64,000 nt of DNA from Lepidodermella squamata (lineage: Eukaryota > Animalia > Gastrotricha): assembly GCA_047495785.1 (NCBI GenBank), contig JBLDXI010000024.1, positions 1,736,001 through 1,800,000 of the forward strand. The letters are read 5' to 3'. The first letter of the stretch is position 1. The number at the start of each line of letters is the position of its first letter. The notes below the pieces were generated by a model that saw only the letters and a list, made by a program, of their open reading frames with translations, had not been told where the DNA came from and did not search any database. Below, piece after piece: positions 62,784 through 64,000 of the stretch. The position numbers and the translations under genes were made by a program.

Positions 62784-63980
62784 TTAGGCAGATTCATTGG
62801 CACCTGCAGCTGGAGATGGACGGCGCTGCCCTTCCGAAGCACGCAGGCGGTCGAGCATATCTTGAAAAGCGATTTCCATAGCACGGTCGTCGGCGATTTC
62901 GAGTGCAAGACGAGGACCTTTGACGATAGATTGGAAGCCGCGAACGTCGTCTTCGATAACAAAATACCCGCCATCAACAAGATGTTTCACCATCTGATCG
63001 ATAGTCATGCCAGTTTCTTCGCGAATTCTGAGGATTTAAGAATCAAAATTGAAAGAATAAACCAATAAAACTTCATTTCGCGTTTCGTTTCAAAAATCCC
63101 TTTGAAGAAAATATTTGTAATTCAATTAGGAAAAATGCACCTTAAAAAATAAAAGGGTCAAGCTATTCGTACATAACTATGTACGCGAAAATTGCTATTC
63201 GTACATAGTTTTGCGCGATTTTTCAGAGTTATTCAAATGGGTGTGGAAATTCGAGATTTGACAATGATACCATGGAATTTCACAGGGAGATGCAGCAAGG
63301 TGAGGCCTATCTAGTGGTCAAATTTCGTCAGATTATCTTCCAAAGTATTCACGCTAGGGTCGCGAAAAACAAATCAAATAATGCCATTTTGCGAATCTAC
63401 CTTAGGGGGTCCAATGGTGAATTTTTGAGGGGGGATAGGCCTGATGGTCAGCTATCAGCACGCAAAAAATTAGATTGATGGGATGAAAATTGAGCAAGTC
63501 GTTTATCTTAGAAAAAAGCATATCGAAACTATGTACGAATAGCAATTTCTGCGTACATACCTATGTACGAATAGCAATTTTCGCGTACATACTATGTACG
63601 AATAGACATTCCGAAAATAAAATGCGGCATTTCCCCGAAAAAATTATAATTTTAAAGACGAACTCTTGAATAATTTGACTCTCAGCGGCAGTGGTTTTGA
63701 ATTCGGCCAGGTCGATTTTGCCCATTGAATTGTGATTGTTTAAACACGCCGTCAGCATGGCTATTAGTGGAAATTTCGCGAAATCGCATAGTTGAATGTG
63801 ATTAGCATCGTCTTCGGTAAAAACCGGATGAAATTTCGACACAACAACAAATTCATTAGACGTTTCACTCAGTGGTTGTAACTGCAGACCGAAAATGTCT
63901 TCAAGAGCGTCATTAACACTGGTAAACATATCGTTAAACTGGATGTGGGTCCGCGAAGTCTCGACAAGCCGCTGGATATC
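62784..63980 (-). CDS. MAGE-homology/NSE3-like Smc5/6 subunit, 3' part (5' end outside window)
   Basis: FTSVNDALEDIFGLQLQPL...FVVVS and GYF...KGPRLALEI resemble the MAGE winged-helix A and B motifs; GA|GTTCGT...CTCAG|A splice keeps frame. Confidence 0.55.
63155..63612. mobile_element. Foldback-like MITE with modular TIRs
   Basis: Left ctattcgtacata-actatgtacgcgaaaattgctattcgtacatagttt is mirrored at the right end, where the ~33-bp unit occurs one extra time. Confidence 0.75.
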
Positions 63981-64000
63981 TAAAATTCAAAATTAGCCTG

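Noticed and set aside
63160-63610. CRISPR-like repeats
   Set aside because: Eukaryotic intron; units are inverted, have no unique spacers, and there are no cas genes.

Overview
This is eukaryotic DNA from a gene-dense animal genome with short (about 45-60 nt) GT-AG introns. CFAP251 implies motile cilia; I cannot name the species from the sequence. Recognisable genes: an ALK4/5/7-like TGF-beta type I receptor, TMEM165, CFAP251/WDR66, TIM17, CLCN7, PUS1, PTPDC1, ARL2, CERK, Wnt5, GANP/MCM3AP, a partial NSE3/MAGE-like gene and three tRNAs. There are also several MITEs and decayed MULE, hAT and LINE fragments in long introns. The strongest novelty candidate is a 3-exon gene at 18899-20088 encoding a secreted protein of two tandem receptor-ectodomain modules with no transmembrane or kinase domain. 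Both modules share an unusual extended cysteine signature and intron phase with the type I receptor 12 kb away, so it is a candidate soluble TGF-beta/activin ligand trap derived from that receptor. Beside it is a tandem pair of orphan secreted twin-CxxC precursors. Other points: three divergent ankyrin/SOCS-box genes, atypical regulatory motifs in the receptor kinase, and very tight same-strand gene spacing with unpaired splice acceptors that suggests operons/trans-splicing. All gene models were spliced by hand and homologies are from motif recognition, not database searches.
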